Source: Candidatus Levyibacteriota bacterium
Lineage (GTDB): Bacteria > Patescibacteriota > Microgenomatia > Levybacterales > UBA12049
NCBI GenBank assembly: GCA_043807135.1
Contig: JAZDGF010000003.1
Coordinates: forward strand, 72,621-136,620
Direction of reading: 5' to 3'
Length of the DNA: 64,000 bases
The notes beneath the pieces were generated by a model. That model made no database searches. It saw nothing but the letters and a program-made list of their open reading frames with translations, and was not told where the DNA came from. A program made the translations under genes and the position numbers. Positions 1-10,607 of the stretch are shown here, piece after piece. The stretch's first letter is position 1; each line of letters starts with the position of its first letter.

Positions 1-130
1 CAACAACAGTCAAAACAGAAAAACCAATTTTATTTCCACCTTTTGTTTTTTTAGAGACCCTGTTAACCTGGACTATCTCTTCTTCAAAGTCTTTTACCTG
101 ATTTCCAAAAAATTGCATATCTTTTGCCAT
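1..130 (-). CDS. rpsE: 30S ribosomal protein S5 (5' part, runs off window)
   Basis: Manual translation from ATG at 130: MAKDMQFFGNQVKDFEEEIVQVNRVSKKTKGGNKIGFSVLTVV; TAATG overlap with rplR; expected spc-operon position. Confidence 0.93.
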   Translation of the reverse strand, partial: MAKDMQFFGNQVKDFEEEIVQVNRVSKKTKGGNKIGFSVLTVV

Positions 131-483
131 TAGAATTCCAAACCTCCTTCTCTTGCACCTTCTGCAAAGGCTTTAACTCTTCCGTGATAAATATAACTTC
201 CTTTGTCAAAGACTACTGTTTTTATCTTTTTTCTTAAAGCTTTTTTTGCCAAAACTGCTCCTAATTTTTTTGCTTTTTCCGTCTTATTAATCTTTTCCTT
301 TTCAGATAATTCTTTTTCCGAAATCCCAACTATAGTTTCTCCTTTTTTATCATTAATTATCTGTGCATAAATATATTGATTTGATCTATAAACGGACAGT
401 CTTAATCTTATGTCATTTCCTTTTGTTTTAGATCTTGTTCTTATTTTTCTTTTTAATTTTATATTAGTATTATTTCTTTTCAT
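130..483 (-). CDS. rplR: 50S ribosomal protein L18
   Basis: RLSVYRSNQYIYAQII and YHGRVKAFAEGAREGGLEF motifs. Confidence 0.97.
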   Translation of the reverse strand: MKRNNTNIKLKRKIRTRSKTKGNDIRLRLSVYRSNQYIYAQIINDKKGETIVGISEKELSEKEKINKTEKAKKLGAVLAKKALRKKIKTVVFDKGSYIYHGRVKAFAEGAREGGLEF

Positions 484-484
484 A

Positions 485-1039
485 TTATTTTACCGCACCT
501 ATTGTTTTTGCAGCTTTTCCTGCTTTTCTTCTTATTTTTTCTCCCTGATATTTAATCCCTTTTCCTTTATATGGCTCTGGCGGCTTAATAGATCTTATCT
601 TTGCAGCAGTATCGCCTACTAATATTTTATCTATTCCAGAAACAGTAATAACATTTTCAACAATTGTAAAAACTATTCCCTCAGGTGCTTTAAAATGAAC
701 CGGATGGGAAAATCCAAGCGAGAGAGTAAGAGAAGGTCCTGATACTTGAGCTCTAAATCCAACTCCAATAAGCTCTAATTTTTTCTCAAAACCAACTGAA
801 ACACCAATTATAATATTAGCAATTAAAGCTCTTGTTAAACCAAATAATGCTCTTGTTTCAGGATCATTTTCATTCTTCTGAGAAACAATTATTTTATTTG
901 CTTCTGTTTTTACTTCAATCCCTTTTGGTATTCTAACAGAAAGAGTTCCTTTTGGACCATTTGCTTTTAATTCATAATTTTCAATGCTTATGGTTACTCC
1001 TTCTTTTATTTCAACTGGTTTTTTACCTATTTTTGACAT
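485..1039 (-). CDS. rplF: 50S ribosomal protein L6
   Basis: MSKIGKKPV start, PEPYKGKGIKY motif. Confidence 0.98.
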   Translation of the reverse strand: MSKIGKKPVEIKEGVTISIENYELKANGPKGTLSVRIPKGIEVKTEANKIIVSQKNENDPETRALFGLTRALIANIIIGVSVGFEKKLELIGVGFRAQVSGPSLTLSLGFSHPVHFKAPEGIVFTIVENVITVSGIDKILVGDTAAKIRSIKPPEPYKGKGIKYQGEKIRRKAGKAAKTIGAVK

Positions 1040-1052
1040 AATTTATTTACTT

Positions 1053-1445
1053 TTACCAAATAGCAAAAAGTATTTCTCCTCCTATTCCTTTTTTCTTTGC
1101 TTCTTTTCCTATCATCACTCCCTGACTGGTTGAAACAATAGCAATTCTTCTTCCTCTTTTTTCAAGCTCTAAAATATCTTTTACAGAACCATAAACACGA
1201 AGAGACGGTTTTGAAATAATTTCAATACTTGTTAACGTCGGAATTCTTTTATGATATTTAATAACTGCTGTTAAGGTTTTTTTATTATCTGTTATTGAAT
1301 CTTTTATTTCTTCCAAAAACCCGTTCCTTACTAAAACTCTTCCTACTTCTTTATTTATTTTAGAATATGGCAAAACAACCTTTTTTCTTTTAGACAAGGC
1401 TGAATTTTTAATCCTAATAATAAAATCTGCTATTAAATAATTCAT
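1053..1445 (-). CDS. rpsH: 30S ribosomal protein S8
   Basis: IADFIIRIKN, SKPSLRVY, STSQGVM, GGEILFAIW. Confidence 0.97.
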   Translation of the reverse strand: MNYLIADFIIRIKNSALSKRKKVVLPYSKINKEVGRVLVRNGFLEEIKDSITDNKKTLTAVIKYHKRIPTLTSIEIISKPSLRVYGSVKDILELEKRGRRIAIVSTSQGVMIGKEAKKKGIGGEILFAIW

Positions 1446-1452
1446 ATAATTT

Positions 1453-1638
1453 CTACCAACTAGTTTTTACAACTCCTGGAAGCTCTCCTTTTGCAGCAAG
1501 TTCCCTAAAGCAAATCCTGCAAAGACCAAATTTCCTCATATATGCTCTTGATCTTCCACAAATATTACAACGGTTTTTTTCTCTAACGGTAAATTTTTGT
1601 TTTTTATTAAATTTTGCAATATCTGATTTTTTTGCCAT
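1453..1638 (-). CDS. rpsN: 30S ribosomal protein S14, zinc-binding (type Z)
   Basis: 61 aa, CNICGR...[18 protein letters not shown]. Confidence 0.97.
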   Translation of the reverse strand: MAKKSDIAKFNKKQKFTVREKNRCNICGRSRAYMRKFGLCRICFRELAAKGELPGVVKTSW

Positions 1639-1640
1639 AA

Positions 1641-2180
1641 TTAATCTTTCTTAAAAGGCATTCCTAAAGCCTTTAACAAGCTAAGTCCTTCTTTATTATC
1701 TTTTGCTGTTGTAACAATTGTTAATTCAAGTCCCTGTATTTTATCTACTCTTGCAGGGTCTATCTCTGGAAAAACAGTAGACTCTGCGAATCCTAAAGTA
1801 TAGTTTCCACGTTTATCAAAACTAGTTGTTTTGACTCCATGAAAATCTCTTAATCTAGGTAATACTACTGATGTTAATTTTTCAAAAAAATCATACATCC
1901 TTTTCCCTCTTAAAGTAGCTGAAAGTCCAATTTTATCTCCTTCTCTTAATTTAAAAGTTGAAATTGATTTTTTAGCTTTCATAATCTTTGGCCTCTGTCC
2001 AGCTATTTGAGCAAGAAAAACACTTGCTTTTTCAATATTTTTTTTATCAAGAAGTGCATCTTTAACTCCCATATTTATAACAATTTTAGAAAGCACTGGA
2101 ACAGCCATGGAATTTTTTACTCCAAGTTCTTTTTTTAAATCATTTGTTATTTCTTTTGTAAATCTTTGCTGTAAGTTCAT
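1641..2180 (-). CDS. rplE: 50S ribosomal protein L5
   Basis: [23 protein letters not shown]; start moved to ATG 2180 (ATGA overlap with rplX stop). Confidence 0.96.
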   Translation of the reverse strand: MNLQQRFTKEITNDLKKELGVKNSMAVPVLSKIVINMGVKDALLDKKNIEKASVFLAQIAGQRPKIMKAKKSISTFKLREGDKIGLSATLRGKRMYDFFEKLTSVVLPRLRDFHGVKTTSFDKRGNYTLGFAESTVFPEIDPARVDKIQGLELTIVTTAKDNKEGLSLLKALGMPFKKD

Positions 2181-2506
2181 AATTCTGCTTTGCATTTTCT
2201 ACAAATTCTTACTTTTTGGTTTTTTTCAATTTTGAAACCTACTCTTGTTTGCTTATGACATTTTGGACAAATAAGTGCAATATTTGCAATTGGTAACGGT
2301 TTTGTAATAGTTATTATTTCTGATTTCTGACCCTGAGCTTTTGCCTTAACATGCTTCTTATAGAGATTAAGTCCAGCAATTAAAACTTTTTTCTCTTTTT
2401 GTAAAACTTTTTCAATTTTTCCGGTCTTTCCTTTTTCTTTTCCGGCAACAACTTTTACATTGTCATTCTTTTTAATTTTTTTAATTTTTAAACTTGAATC
2501 TGTCAT
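2177..2506 (-). CDS. rplX: 50S ribosomal protein L24
   Basis: KOW motif IKKNDNVKVVAGKEKGKTGKI; C-terminal CPKC...CRKC. Confidence 0.96.
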   Translation of the reverse strand: MTDSSLKIKKIKKNDNVKVVAGKEKGKTGKIEKVLQKEKKVLIAGLNLYKKHVKAKAQGQKSEIITITKPLPIANIALICPKCHKQTRVGFKIEKNQKVRICRKCKAEL

Positions 2507-2880
2507 TATATAACCTCTGATGCCATACTGGCAATCTTTGCAAAACCTCTTTCTTTAACTTCTCTTGCAATGGGACCAAAAATTCTGGTTCCAATTGGAT
2601 TCTTATCTTTTATGCTATCAATTAAAACTCCCGCGTTTTCAGAAAATCTTATATACGACCCATCTGCTCTTTTATATTCTTTTCTGCTTCTTACTAAAAC
2701 TACTTTTACCATTTCACTTGCTTTTACTTGCCCCGTAGGACTTGCTTCTTTGATAGTGCAATTAAAAATATCTCCAATTCGACCATATTTTCTTTTTGAT
2801 CCGCCGTAAACTTGAATTACCATTAAACGCTTTGCTCCTGAGTTATCTGCAACAGATATTATTGATCTATGCTGTAACAT
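2506..2880 (-). CDS. rplN: 50S ribosomal protein L14
   Basis: [19 protein letters not shown]. Confidence 0.98.
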   Translation of the reverse strand: MLQHRSIISVADNSGAKRLMVIQVYGGSKRKYGRIGDIFNCTIKEASPTGQVKASEMVKVVLVRSRKEYKRADGSYIRFSENAGVLIDSIKDKNPIGTRIFGPIAREVKERGFAKIASMASEVI

Positions 2881-2881
2881 A

Positions 2882-3115
2882 TTATTTTATTACCTCCACA
2901 ACTTTAAATTTCTTATCTTTAGAAATAGGTTTAACTTCAACAATCTTAACTTTATCTCCAACCTTAAGACTTAAATCTCCTGTATCCGCTTTAAAATTTC
3001 TACTTCTTTTAAGAAGTTTTTTATAAAGTGGGTGAGGAGCTCTTCTCTCAATCTTTACAACCGCTGTTTTTTGCATTTTCAATGAGGTTATTATTCCATT
3101 AAAGCTTTTTTGCAT
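2882..3115 (-). CDS. rpsQ: 30S ribosomal protein S17
   Basis: [21 protein letters not shown]; likely start ATG 3115. Confidence 0.96.
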   Translation of the reverse strand: MQKSFNGIITSLKMQKTAVVKIERRAPHPLYKKLLKRSRNFKADTGDLSLKVGDKVKIVEVKPISKDKKFKVVEVIK

Positions 3116-3314
3116 TTTCAAACTCCTTTCTTTTCATAATTGTCAGTATTCTTGCTATTTCTTTTCTCTTAAAAAAAATTGATCTGGTGTTTTTTAATTT
3201 ATTTTGAGTTTTTTCCATCTTAAGACTAAAAAGAGCATCTCTTGCTTCTTTAAGCATATTTTTTAACTCTTTTATATCTTTTGTAAATAAATCTTTTTTA
3301 TCTTTTGTTTTCAT
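3099..3314 (-). CDS. rpmC: 50S ribosomal protein L29
   Basis: LFSLKM...LKN...RKEIARILT; position between rplP and rpsQ. Confidence 0.93.
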   Translation of the reverse strand: MKTKDKKDLFTKDIKELKNMLKEARDALFSLKMEKTQNKLKNTRSIFFKRKEIARILTIMKRKEFENAKKL

Positions 3315-3316
3315 AG

Positions 3317-3724
3317 TTAATCTTTAGCAACAATTTTTGTTTTTACTGGTAATTTATGAGAAGCAAGTCTTAGTGCTTCAAAAGCAACTTCCTTTGCAAC
3401 TCCGCTCATTTCAAAAATCATTCTTCCTGGTCTAACTGGAGCAACATATTCATGGATATCTCCCTTTCCTCCACCCATTCTTACTTCTGCCGGTTTTTTA
3501 GTAACTGGTTTGTCTGGAAAAATTCTTATCCAAACCCTTCCTCCTCTTTTGATGTAATGGGTAATTGCTCTCCTAGCCGCTTCAATCTGTCTTGACGTTA
3601 CCCAGCCAGTGGTTTCTGCAATTAGTCCATAATCACCAAAGGAAATATTCGTCCCTCTTTGAGCCACTCCTTTTAAAACACCTCTTTGCTGTTTCCTATA
3701 TTTTGATTTTTTTGGCATTAACAT
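3317..3724 (-). CDS. rplP: 50S ribosomal protein L16
   Basis: [31 protein letters not shown]. Confidence 0.98.
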   Translation of the reverse strand: MLMPKKSKYRKQQRGVLKGVAQRGTNISFGDYGLIAETTGWVTSRQIEAARRAITHYIKRGGRVWIRIFPDKPVTKKPAEVRMGGGKGDIHEYVAPVRPGRMIFEMSGVAKEVAFEALRLASHKLPVKTKIVAKD

Positions 3725-3725
3725 A

Positions 3726-4373
3726 TTATTTCTCCTCCGGTTTATTAATCCACACTTTTATACCTATGTATCCTTTTTTAGTCAAAGATGGAACGCTTGC
3801 AAAAGTTATATGTTCTCTAATTGTTGATAAAGGAACTTTTCCTTTCTGCAATTTTTCAACTCTTCCAATTTCTGCACCACCAATTCTCCCAGATAGCACA
3901 ATTCTTACTCCTTTTGCTCCCGAATTCATAACTCTTTCTACCGTTTGTGCCATAACTCTTCTGTGTGGAAATCTTCTAATTAATTGGTCTGAAATGTTTT
4001 TTGCAACTAGATATGCATTCAAATTAGGCTCTTTAATAGGCTCTACTCTAATATCAATTTTTCTAACATTTCTTTCCTCTTTTTTAATTTTTAAGATTTT
4101 ATATAATAACTCTTTAAGGTCTTCTAACCCTGAACCTGCTCTTCCAATAACCATACCCGGTCTTGAAACATAAGCAATAATTTTAATGCTATTAATAGAT
4201 CTTTCAATTTCAACAGAAGCAATTCCTGCATTTTTAAGCTTCTCCATTAAGGTTTTTCTTAATTTATAATCCTCAAGCAGAGTTTCCTTGTACTGCCTGT
4301 CTTCATACCATCTACTACTCCAGTTATATATCGGTCCTAATCTTAATAAAATTGGATTAACTTTTTGTCCCAT
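3726..4373 (-). CDS. rpsC: 30S ribosomal protein S3
   Basis: [31 protein letters not shown]. Confidence 0.98.
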   Translation of the reverse strand: MGQKVNPILLRLGPIYNWSSRWYEDRQYKETLLEDYKLRKTLMEKLKNAGIASVEIERSINSIKIIAYVSRPGMVIGRAGSGLEDLKELLYKILKIKKEERNVRKIDIRVEPIKEPNLNAYLVAKNISDQLIRRFPHRRVMAQTVERVMNSGAKGVRIVLSGRIGGAEIGRVEKLQKGKVPLSTIREHITFASVPSLTKKGYIGIKVWINKPEEK

Positions 4374-4785
4374 CTTCTTTTACCTCCTTTACTTCCTCTT
4401 TTTCTTCTTTGTTTAATTTTTTCTCAATTTCTTTTTTTACTTCTTTTGCTTCTTCCTTAACTCCTAAAACTATTCTTATATGACTGCTTCTTTTTTTAAA
4501 AGGGTGAACCCTTCCTCTTGTTGAAGCATGAAATCTTTTAAAAGCCGGTCCCTCAACAACATCAATTGCTTTTATAAAAAGCGTATCTTGTGAATGTTTT
4601 GCATTATTTACTGCATTTGCAACAGCACTCTTTAAAGTTTTCAAAAGGGGATATGCCCCTCTTTTTTTAATAACTTCAAGGTTTTTAATTGCATCATTAA
4701 TTGACATTTTCTTAACTGCTTCTGCAATAAGCCTAACTTTTCTAGGACTAACTCTAACTGATTTTGTTTTTGATATAACTTCCAT
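4357..4785 (-). CDS. rplV: 50S ribosomal protein L22 with K/E-rich tail
   Basis: RVSPRKVRL, LKSAVANA, KRSSHIRIV. Confidence 0.97.
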   Translation of the reverse strand: MEVISKTKSVRVSPRKVRLIAEAVKKMSINDAIKNLEVIKKRGAYPLLKTLKSAVANAVNNAKHSQDTLFIKAIDVVEGPAFKRFHASTRGRVHPFKKRSSHIRIVLGVKEEAKEVKKEIEKKLNKEEKEEVKEVKEDGTKS

Positions 4786-4787
4786 AA

Positions 4788-5072
4788 TTATGTTTTTGAT
4801 ATTTCTCTTGCAACAACTCTTCCATGTGTTCTAAATAATCTTGTTGGAGCAAATTCTCCTAATTTATGTCCAACCATTCCTTCCGCAATAAAAACGTTAA
4901 TAAAGTTTTTCCCGTTATGAATTGACAAGGTATGCCCAACAAACTCTGGAGTAATTGCACTTGCTCTTGCCCAAGTCTTAATTGGATCCTTATTTCCTGT
5001 TTGTTTTTGTCTTAATACTTTCTTAAATAATTTTTGGTCTATATATGGACCCTTTTTTAACGATCTACTCAT
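4788..5072 (-). CDS. rpsS: 30S ribosomal protein S19
   Basis: [25 protein letters not shown]. Confidence 0.98.
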   Translation of the reverse strand: MSRSLKKGPYIDQKLFKKVLRQKQTGNKDPIKTWARASAITPEFVGHTLSIHNGKNFINVFIAEGMVGHKLGEFAPTRLFRTHGRVVAREISKT

Positions 5073-5812
5073 TTCTTTCTCCTTTGAATAATATATTTAT
5101 TTGAATGTTTATTCTTTTTTCTGGTATTCCCAACAGCCGGTCTTCCAGCATAGGTTTTAGGTGTCGACATGCCTATTCCAGATCTTCCTTCTCCTCCTCC
5201 GTGAGGATGCGTCCTTGGGTTTTGAGCAACTCCTCTAACAGTTGGTCTTATTCCCATATGTCTTTTTCTACCAGCTTTTCCAATTACTTCATTTTTCCAT
5301 TCTACGTTTCCAACATTTCCAATACTTGCATACCCCTTAATTCTTACTTTTCTAACTTCTCCTGAAGGAAGTTTTAAGTGAACATACTCGCCTTCTTTTG
5401 CCTGAACAGTTGCTGCTGTTCCACTTCCTCTAGCAAGCTGTCCGCCTCTTCCAGGAGTAAGCTCAACATTATGCACAATTGTTCCGACTGGAATTGCTGA
5501 AAGCGGAAGAGCGTTCCCTGTTTTAACTTCTGCGTTTACACCAGAAACAACTTCATCATTAAGTTTTAAAGCTTCGGGACAAAGAATATATCTCTTGTCT
5601 CCGTCTGTGTATTGTATCAAAGCTATGTCACAAGTTCTATTAGGATCATATTCAATGGCGACAACTTTACCTACGACATTAAATTTGTTGCGTTTAAAAT
5701 CAATTGTTCTATAGAATCTTTTATGCTGTCCACCTTGATGCCTAACAACAACTTTTCCGCTTACGTCTCTTCCTGTTCTCTTTTTTTTAATAACCTTTAA
5801 TCTTTTAACCAT
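5069..5812 (-). CDS. rplB: 50S ribosomal protein L2 (N-terminally shortened, 247 aa)
   Basis: [26 protein letters not shown]. Confidence 0.98.
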   Translation of the reverse strand: MVKRLKVIKKKRTGRDVSGKVVVRHQGGQHKRFYRTIDFKRNKFNVVGKVVAIEYDPNRTCDIALIQYTDGDKRYILCPEALKLNDEVVSGVNAEVKTGNALPLSAIPVGTIVHNVELTPGRGGQLARGSGTAATVQAKEGEYVHLKLPSGEVRKVRIKGYASIGNVGNVEWKNEVIGKAGRKRHMGIRPTVRGVAQNPRTHPHGGGEGRSGIGMSTPKTYAGRPAVGNTRKKNKHSNKYIIQRRKK

Positions 5813-6099
5813 TATTTTCCCCCTAATTCAAATAAACTAATTTTCTGACCTTGTTTTAGTAGCACAATTGCCTTTTTATAATTTGATGTTTTTCTCTCCA
5901 TTCTTTTTGAACCTGATCTCTTAGTTTTTCCTTTAACAACAACTATTAAGACACGTACAACATTTACGCTAAATCTTTTCTCAACTTCCTTTTTAATTTT
6001 CACCTTGCTTGCTCCTTGAGACACTCTAAACGTAAATTTGTCTTTTGCTGCAAAACTCATTGATTTCTCAGTAATAATTGGCGAAATAATAATATGCAT
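5812..6099 (-). CDS. rplW: 50S ribosomal protein L23
   Basis: PIITEKS, YKKAIVLL. Confidence 0.96.
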   Translation of the reverse strand: MHIIISPIITEKSMSFAAKDKFTFRVSQGASKVKIKKEVEKRFSVNVVRVLIVVVKGKTKRSGSKRMERKTSNYKKAIVLLKQGQKISLFELGGK

Positions 6100-6803
6100 T
6101 AATTTATTTTCTCCTTTAAAAAAGTTTTTTCTAAAACTTCAATTGAAGCTTTCATGAAAAGTACTGTTTTACAATTTAAAACTTCATATGTATTTAACAT
6201 TTTTGCGCTTAAAATAGTTACACCTTTTAAATTTCTTCCTGATTTAAATATATTTTCATAACCATTAATTGTATCCGGTGTAACCAATAAAATTTTTCTG
6301 TTTTTCTCTTCAAACTTAAGGTTTTTAATTACATCTGCCATTTTTTTTGTTTTTGTTTCGATTTTTTCAAGGCCTGTCAAAACCATTATTTTTCCTTCTT
6401 GTTTTTTAACTGTAAGCGAAGAAAATAAAGCTGCTTTTTTCATTTTCTTTGGCATTTTCATTGAATAATCTCTTGGTCTTGGTCCAAAAACAACTCCTCC
6501 TCCAACCCAGATTGGAGCAGATTTTGCACCATGTCTTGCTCTTCCTGTTCCCTTTTGTCTCCAAGCCTTATGAGTAGTTGCATTTATTTCTCCTCTGGTT
6601 TTTGTAGAATGGGTTCCTTTTCTTTGATTTGCAAGATATACTCTTACGGCTTGCGCCAAGAGTGTTTTGTTTACTTTTGTATCAAAAATCTCTTTAGGAA
6701 GATTTATTTTTTCTATAATTTTTCCTTTTAGATCATATACGTCCATTTTCAAACCAGTTGTTTTTTTAACTTCTTTTTTAACTATAGTTTTTACTTTAGG
6801 CAT
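6099..6803 (-). CDS. rplD: 50S ribosomal protein L4
   Basis: [30 protein letters not shown]. Confidence 0.98.
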   Translation of the reverse strand: MPKVKTIVKKEVKKTTGLKMDVYDLKGKIIEKINLPKEIFDTKVNKTLLAQAVRVYLANQRKGTHSTKTRGEINATTHKAWRQKGTGRARHGAKSAPIWVGGGVVFGPRPRDYSMKMPKKMKKAALFSSLTVKKQEGKIMVLTGLEKIETKTKKMADVIKNLKFEEKNRKILLVTPDTINGYENIFKSGRNLKGVTILSAKMLNTYEVLNCKTVLFMKASIEVLEKTFLKEKIN

Positions 6804-7593
6804 TTTCCTCCTTCACTTCTTCTTTTTTTTCTTTAACCTCTTCTTTTATTTCTGCTACTTCTTTAACTTGTGTTTTTTCTTCAGTATCTTTTGGTTTTTC
6901 AACACTTACTTCTGTTTTTACTTCTTCTTCAGCAATTTCTCTATATAATGGGACAAAGTTTTTGTTTTTACCCACCTTTTTAATCATAAGTAATGATTTT
7001 TTTACGCCTGGAACAAGTCCTCTAAGTAAAATTGTTCCGTCTTCTTTTATTTCAATTACTTCTAAATTTTTAACGGTTACTTGCTCATGTCCCATGCGCC
7101 CTGCCATTTTTTTACCTTTATACACTCTCCCTGGTGTAGTTGTTTGACCAATAGATCCGGGAGCTCTCTCCCTATCAGATTGACCGTGGGTTCTTGGACC
7201 ACCTTTAAAGTGGTATCTCTTAACTACTCCTGCAAATCCTTTTCCTTTAGAAATTCCAACCACATCAACTATGTCTCCTGGTTCAAGCAATTCCGAAACA
7301 TTAATTTCATAACCAGGTTCAATTTCCGGAATATCCGTAAGTCTAATTTCTCTAAAAAAACGGGGTGTTTCTTTTAACCCCGCTTTATCACTGTGCCCTT
7401 TTAATGGCTTGTTTGTTTTTTTCTTTGTTCCAAATCCAAGCTGAATTGCATTGTATCCGTCTTTTTCTGCTGTTTTTACTTGAGATACTCTATTTCCTAA
7501 AGAAGTTACGACAGTAAGCGGAATCCTTTTCCCATCTTCTAAAAAACCTTGTGTCTGATAATCTTTCTTGCCAATAAATCCAGTTATATTCAT
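6796..7593 (-). CDS. rplC: 50S ribosomal protein L3 with acidic tail
   Basis: SKGKGFAGVVKR, THGQSDRERAPGSIG, KMAGRMG. Confidence 0.98.
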   Translation of the reverse strand: MNITGFIGKKDYQTQGFLEDGKRIPLTVVTSLGNRVSQVKTAEKDGYNAIQLGFGTKKKTNKPLKGHSDKAGLKETPRFFREIRLTDIPEIEPGYEINVSELLEPGDIVDVVGISKGKGFAGVVKRYHFKGGPRTHGQSDRERAPGSIGQTTTPGRVYKGKKMAGRMGHEQVTVKNLEVIEIKEDGTILLRGLVPGVKKSLLMIKKVGKNKNFVPLYREIAEEEVKTEVSVEKPKDTEEKTQVKEVAEIKEEVKEKKEEVKEENA

Positions 7594-7620
7594 ATCTATT
7601 CCAGGGATGGTTCAAACAAC

Positions 7621-7644
7621 AAAAAAAGCGGCTCCCTAAGCCGC
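7621..7644 (-). terminator. Intrinsic-terminator-like hairpin in the rplC leader
   Basis: Minus strand GCGGCT-TAGGG-AGCCGC followed by T7, 27 nt before the rplC ATG. Confidence 0.7.
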
Positions 7645-7720
7645 ATCTTCTTTCGAAGCTAAAGCTATACTCAGGTAGTCAATCTCACATTTTTTATTAT
7701 AACCATGTAAAACTGGGATT

Positions 7721-7749
7721 ATTATATATGGAAACGGGGCTAAATGCAA
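7721..7749 (-). promoter_or_regulatory. Sigma70-type promoter between rpsJ and rplC
   Basis: Minus strand TTGCAT-N17-TATAAT. Confidence 0.65.
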
Positions 7750-7833
7750 GTAATTTAAAACTAAAATTTAAAAAATATAATTTTAATTTCTTATTTTTTT
7801 TGGCAGGAATTGGTTTACTTATGCACTCCTTCA

Positions 7834-8142
7834 TTAGGTTCTTATCTCAATATTCACGCCTGCGGGAAGTTCCAGATGAGTTAAGCTATCAATGGTTTTT
7901 TCAGTAGGAGACATAATATCAATTAATCTTTTGTGTGTTTTTATCTGAAAATGATCTCTTGCGTTTTTATCTATAAAAGGGGACCTGTTTACCGCATAGA
8001 CTGTTCTTTTGCTTGGAAGAGGTATTGGACCCACGACTTTGGCACCGGTCCTAATGGCCGTATCTAATATCTGTTGACACGTAGAGTCAATTACTCTAGC
8101 ATCGTAGCTTTTTAAACGTACTCTTATTCTTCCTTTTGGCAT
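7834..8142 (-). CDS. rpsJ: 30S ribosomal protein S10
   Basis: IRVRLKSYD, GPIPLP, THKRLIDI, LPAGVNIEI. Confidence 0.98.
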   Translation of the reverse strand: MPKGRIRVRLKSYDARVIDSTCQQILDTAIRTGAKVVGPIPLPSKRTVYAVNRSPFIDKNARDHFQIKTHKRLIDIMSPTEKTIDSLTHLELPAGVNIEIRT

Positions 8143-8159
8143 TGTAGCAAATTGCGGAA

Positions 8160-9341
8160 TTAAGCAATTATTTTAGTAATTGCTCCTGCTCCAACTGTTT
8201 TTCCACCCTCTCGGATAGCAAATCTTAGTCCTTCCTCTAGGGCAATTGGGGAAATAAGCTTTGCAGTGATCTTGGTATTGTCTCCTGGCATTACCATTTC
8301 TACTCCTTTTGGTAATGTAGCTTCTCCTGTAACATCGGTTGTTCTGATGTAAAATTGTGGCCTATAGCCATTAAAAAATGGTGTATGCCTTCCGCCTTCT
8401 TCTTTTGTAAGTACATAAATCTCTGCTTCAAACTCTTTATGAGGAGTGATAGATCCCGGTTTTGCAATAACCTGACCACGCTCAACATCATCTTTTTCAA
8501 TTCCGCGAAGTAGAAGTCCAACATTATCTCCTGCTTGACCATCATCAAGTTGCTTTCTAAACATTTCAACGCCTGTTACTACAGTTGACTTAGTATCTCT
8601 AATTCCAACAATTTCTACTGTTTCGTTTACCTTAACCTTTCCTCTCTCAATTCTTCCTGTAACAACTGTTCCTCTTCCTTTAATAGAAAAAACATCTTCA
8701 ACAGGCATAAGGAATGGTTTATCAACTTCTCTTTTGGGTGTAGGAATATATTCATCAACCTTATCCATTAAGTCTAGTATTGATTTTTCTGCATCCGCAT
8801 CGCCTTCCAAGGCTTTAAGAGCTGATCCTCTAATAATTGACACTTTGTCTCCTGGATACTTATATTTTGTAAGAAGTTCTCTTACTTCCATTTCAACTAA
8901 GTCCAATAGTTCTTCATCTTGAACCATGTCACATTTATTAAGGAAAACTACGATTGCAGGAACTCCAACTTGATAAGCTAAGAGAATGTGTTCTCTTGTT
9001 TGAGGCATTGGGCCGTCTGGAGCAGAAACTACTAAAATAGCTCCGTCCATTTGAGCGGCACCGGTAATCATATTTTTTATGTAATCTGCGTGTCCTGGAG
9101 CATCAATATGGGCATAGTGTCTTTTTTCTGTTTCATATTCAATGTGAGAAATATTAATCGTTACTCCTCTTGCTTTTTCTTCAGGAGCATTATCAATATC
9201 TTCATATTTCATTGCTTTTCCTGAGCCTTTTTTGGATAAAATAGTAGCAATAGCTGCGGTTAGCGTGGTTTTACCATGATCTACGTGGCCAATGGTTCCG
9301 ATATTTACGTGTGGTTTTGTTCTCTGAAATGTATCTGCCAT
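8160..9341 (-). CDS. tuf: Elongation factor Tu
   Basis: [21 protein letters not shown], full-length EF-Tu. Confidence 0.99.
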   Translation of the reverse strand: MADTFQRTKPHVNIGTIGHVDHGKTTLTAAIATILSKKGSGKAMKYEDIDNAPEEKARGVTINISHIEYETEKRHYAHIDAPGHADYIKNMITGAAQMDGAILVVSAPDGPMPQTREHILLAYQVGVPAIVVFLNKCDMVQDEELLDLVEMEVRELLTKYKYPGDKVSIIRGSALKALEGDADAEKSILDLMDKVDEYIPTPKREVDKPFLMPVEDVFSIKGRGTVVTGRIERGKVKVNETVEIVGIRDTKSTVVTGVEMFRKQLDDGQAGDNVGLLLRGIEKDDVERGQVIAKPGSITPHKEFEAEIYVLTKEEGGRHTPFFNGYRPQFYIRTTDVTGEATLPKGVEMVMPGDNTKITAKLISPIALEEGLRFAIREGGKTVGAGAITKIIA

Positions 9342-9349
9342 ATTTGATC

Positions 9350-9416
9350 AAAAAAAATAACCTCTTTATTCTCTAAAGGTTAAAGATAATATACAATATT
9401 TTTCAAAATTCGTCAA
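9350..9416 (-). promoter_or_regulatory. tuf promoter plus 5' hairpin and U-tract leader
   Basis: TTGACG(9416-9411)-N17-TATATT(9393-9388), then AACCTTT...AAAGAGGTT hairpin and T8 just before ATG. Confidence 0.6.
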
Positions 9417-9424
9417 GAGGGAAG

Positions 9425-9541
9425 TTAATATCTATTAGACAAAATAAACAATAAAATAGCTATAGCAATTCCAAAACTTACAATGCTAAATCCGATTGTA
9501 AGCCATTTAAAAAAATGATAATAATTAAACTTTTTTTCCAT
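9425..9541 (-). CDS. Putative 38-aa single-TM small protein (not in ORF track)
   Basis: MEKKFNYYHFFKWLTIGFSIVSFGIAIAILLFILSNRY; fills the gap between the 88-aa ORF and the tuf promoter. Confidence 0.5.
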   Translation of the reverse strand: MEKKFNYYHFFKWLTIGFSIVSFGIAIAILLFILSNRY

Positions 9542-9571
9542 AGTTTAATATTCTTGAATTATATCTAAAGA

Positions 9572-9838
9572 TTAATCAGAAATTGGATTATCTACGAAAT
9601 ATCTTGTAAGCTTAATGTTTTTTCTTAATCCAGACGCTTTTATTTTTCTAAAAACCAACGGAACAAAAACTATTAAAAAAGTAAATACTCCGAAAACAAA
9701 AGCTATTAAAAGAGCAAATGGGACTGATCCTTGAATTACCCAAACAGCAAAGTAAATCCAGGCAAAAGAGGATATTTGCAATATAAAAATTGCAAATAAA
9801 GCAAGTGCTCCCGCAACTAATAGTGCGTAATAGATCAT
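9572..9838 (-). CDS. Small membrane protein, possibly LapA/DUF1049-like
   Basis: Two hydrophobic helices around FILQ...W...SVPFALLIAFVFG, then a basic tail. Confidence 0.5.
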   Translation of the reverse strand: MIYYALLVAGALALFAIFILQISSFAWIYFAVWVIQGSVPFALLIAFVFGVFTFLIVFVPLVFRKIKASGLRKNIKLTRYFVDNPISD

Positions 9839-9855
9839 ATTATTTCTCTAATTAA

Positions 9856-9879
9856 GAAAAAAGACCGCTTAGCGGTCTT
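9856..9879 (-). terminator. Intrinsic terminator downstream of maf
   Basis: AAGACCGC-TAA-GCGGTCTT stem followed by TTTCTT on minus strand. Confidence 0.65.
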
Positions 9880-9949
9880 AAATTTACAGCTCAAAGCCAT
9901 GTTAAATCTTTCGTAATACATAAATCAATTAGACAAAGAGATACGGAAA

Positions 9950-10537
9950 CTATTTCCAATGACTACTTATATTAATACCAAATTCTTGTAGTGTTTTGCA
10001 AACAGCAAAAATTGGAAGACCTACTACATTAAAAAAATCTCCTTCTACTTTTTCAATAAATACCCCCGCTTTATCTTGAATCCCGTATGCTCCTGCCTTA
10101 TCCATTAGCTTACCTGTTTTTACATATACTTCTATTTCTTCCTTTGTAAGTTTTTTAAAATAAACTTTAGAAATAACTGATCTGGTTACGGACTTTTTTG
10201 TTTTAGTATCTAGAACAGTAAAACCGGTAATAACTGTATGCTTTCTACCAGATAGTTTTTGCAAAATCTCACTCGCATTCTTTTCAGAAGTTGGTTTCCC
10301 AATAATTTCTTTGTTTTGAACAACAATTGAATCAGCAGCAATTACAATTGCATTTTTATATTTTTTTAATATAGCATTTGCTTTTTGTCTGGATAATTTC
10401 TCAGCAAGTTTTTGAGGATTTTTTTCAACTATCAATTTTTCATCAATATTACTTACAACAACCTTAAATTTTAAGCCTATACTCTCTAGGAGCTGTTTTC
10501 TTCTTGGTGATCTTGATGCAAGTATTATTCTTTTCAT
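9950..10537 (-). CDS. maf: Maf/YhdE-type nucleoside triphosphate pyrophosphatase
   Basis: IILASRSPRRKQLL, AADSIV, GKP, DKAGAYGIQ, NVVGLP. Confidence 0.95.
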   Translation of the reverse strand: MKRIILASRSPRRKQLLESIGLKFKVVVSNIDEKLIVEKNPQKLAEKLSRQKANAILKKYKNAIVIAADSIVVQNKEIIGKPTSEKNASEILQKLSGRKHTVITGFTVLDTKTKKSVTRSVISKVYFKKLTKEEIEVYVKTGKLMDKAGAYGIQDKAGVFIEKVEGDFFNVVGLPIFAVCKTLQEFGINISSHWK

Positions 10538-10607
10538 TTAAAAGATCTTTTATTGAAGTTTTGAAAAGTCAACGATAACGATAAGTTTTATATGTTCTTT
10601 AAAAAAC

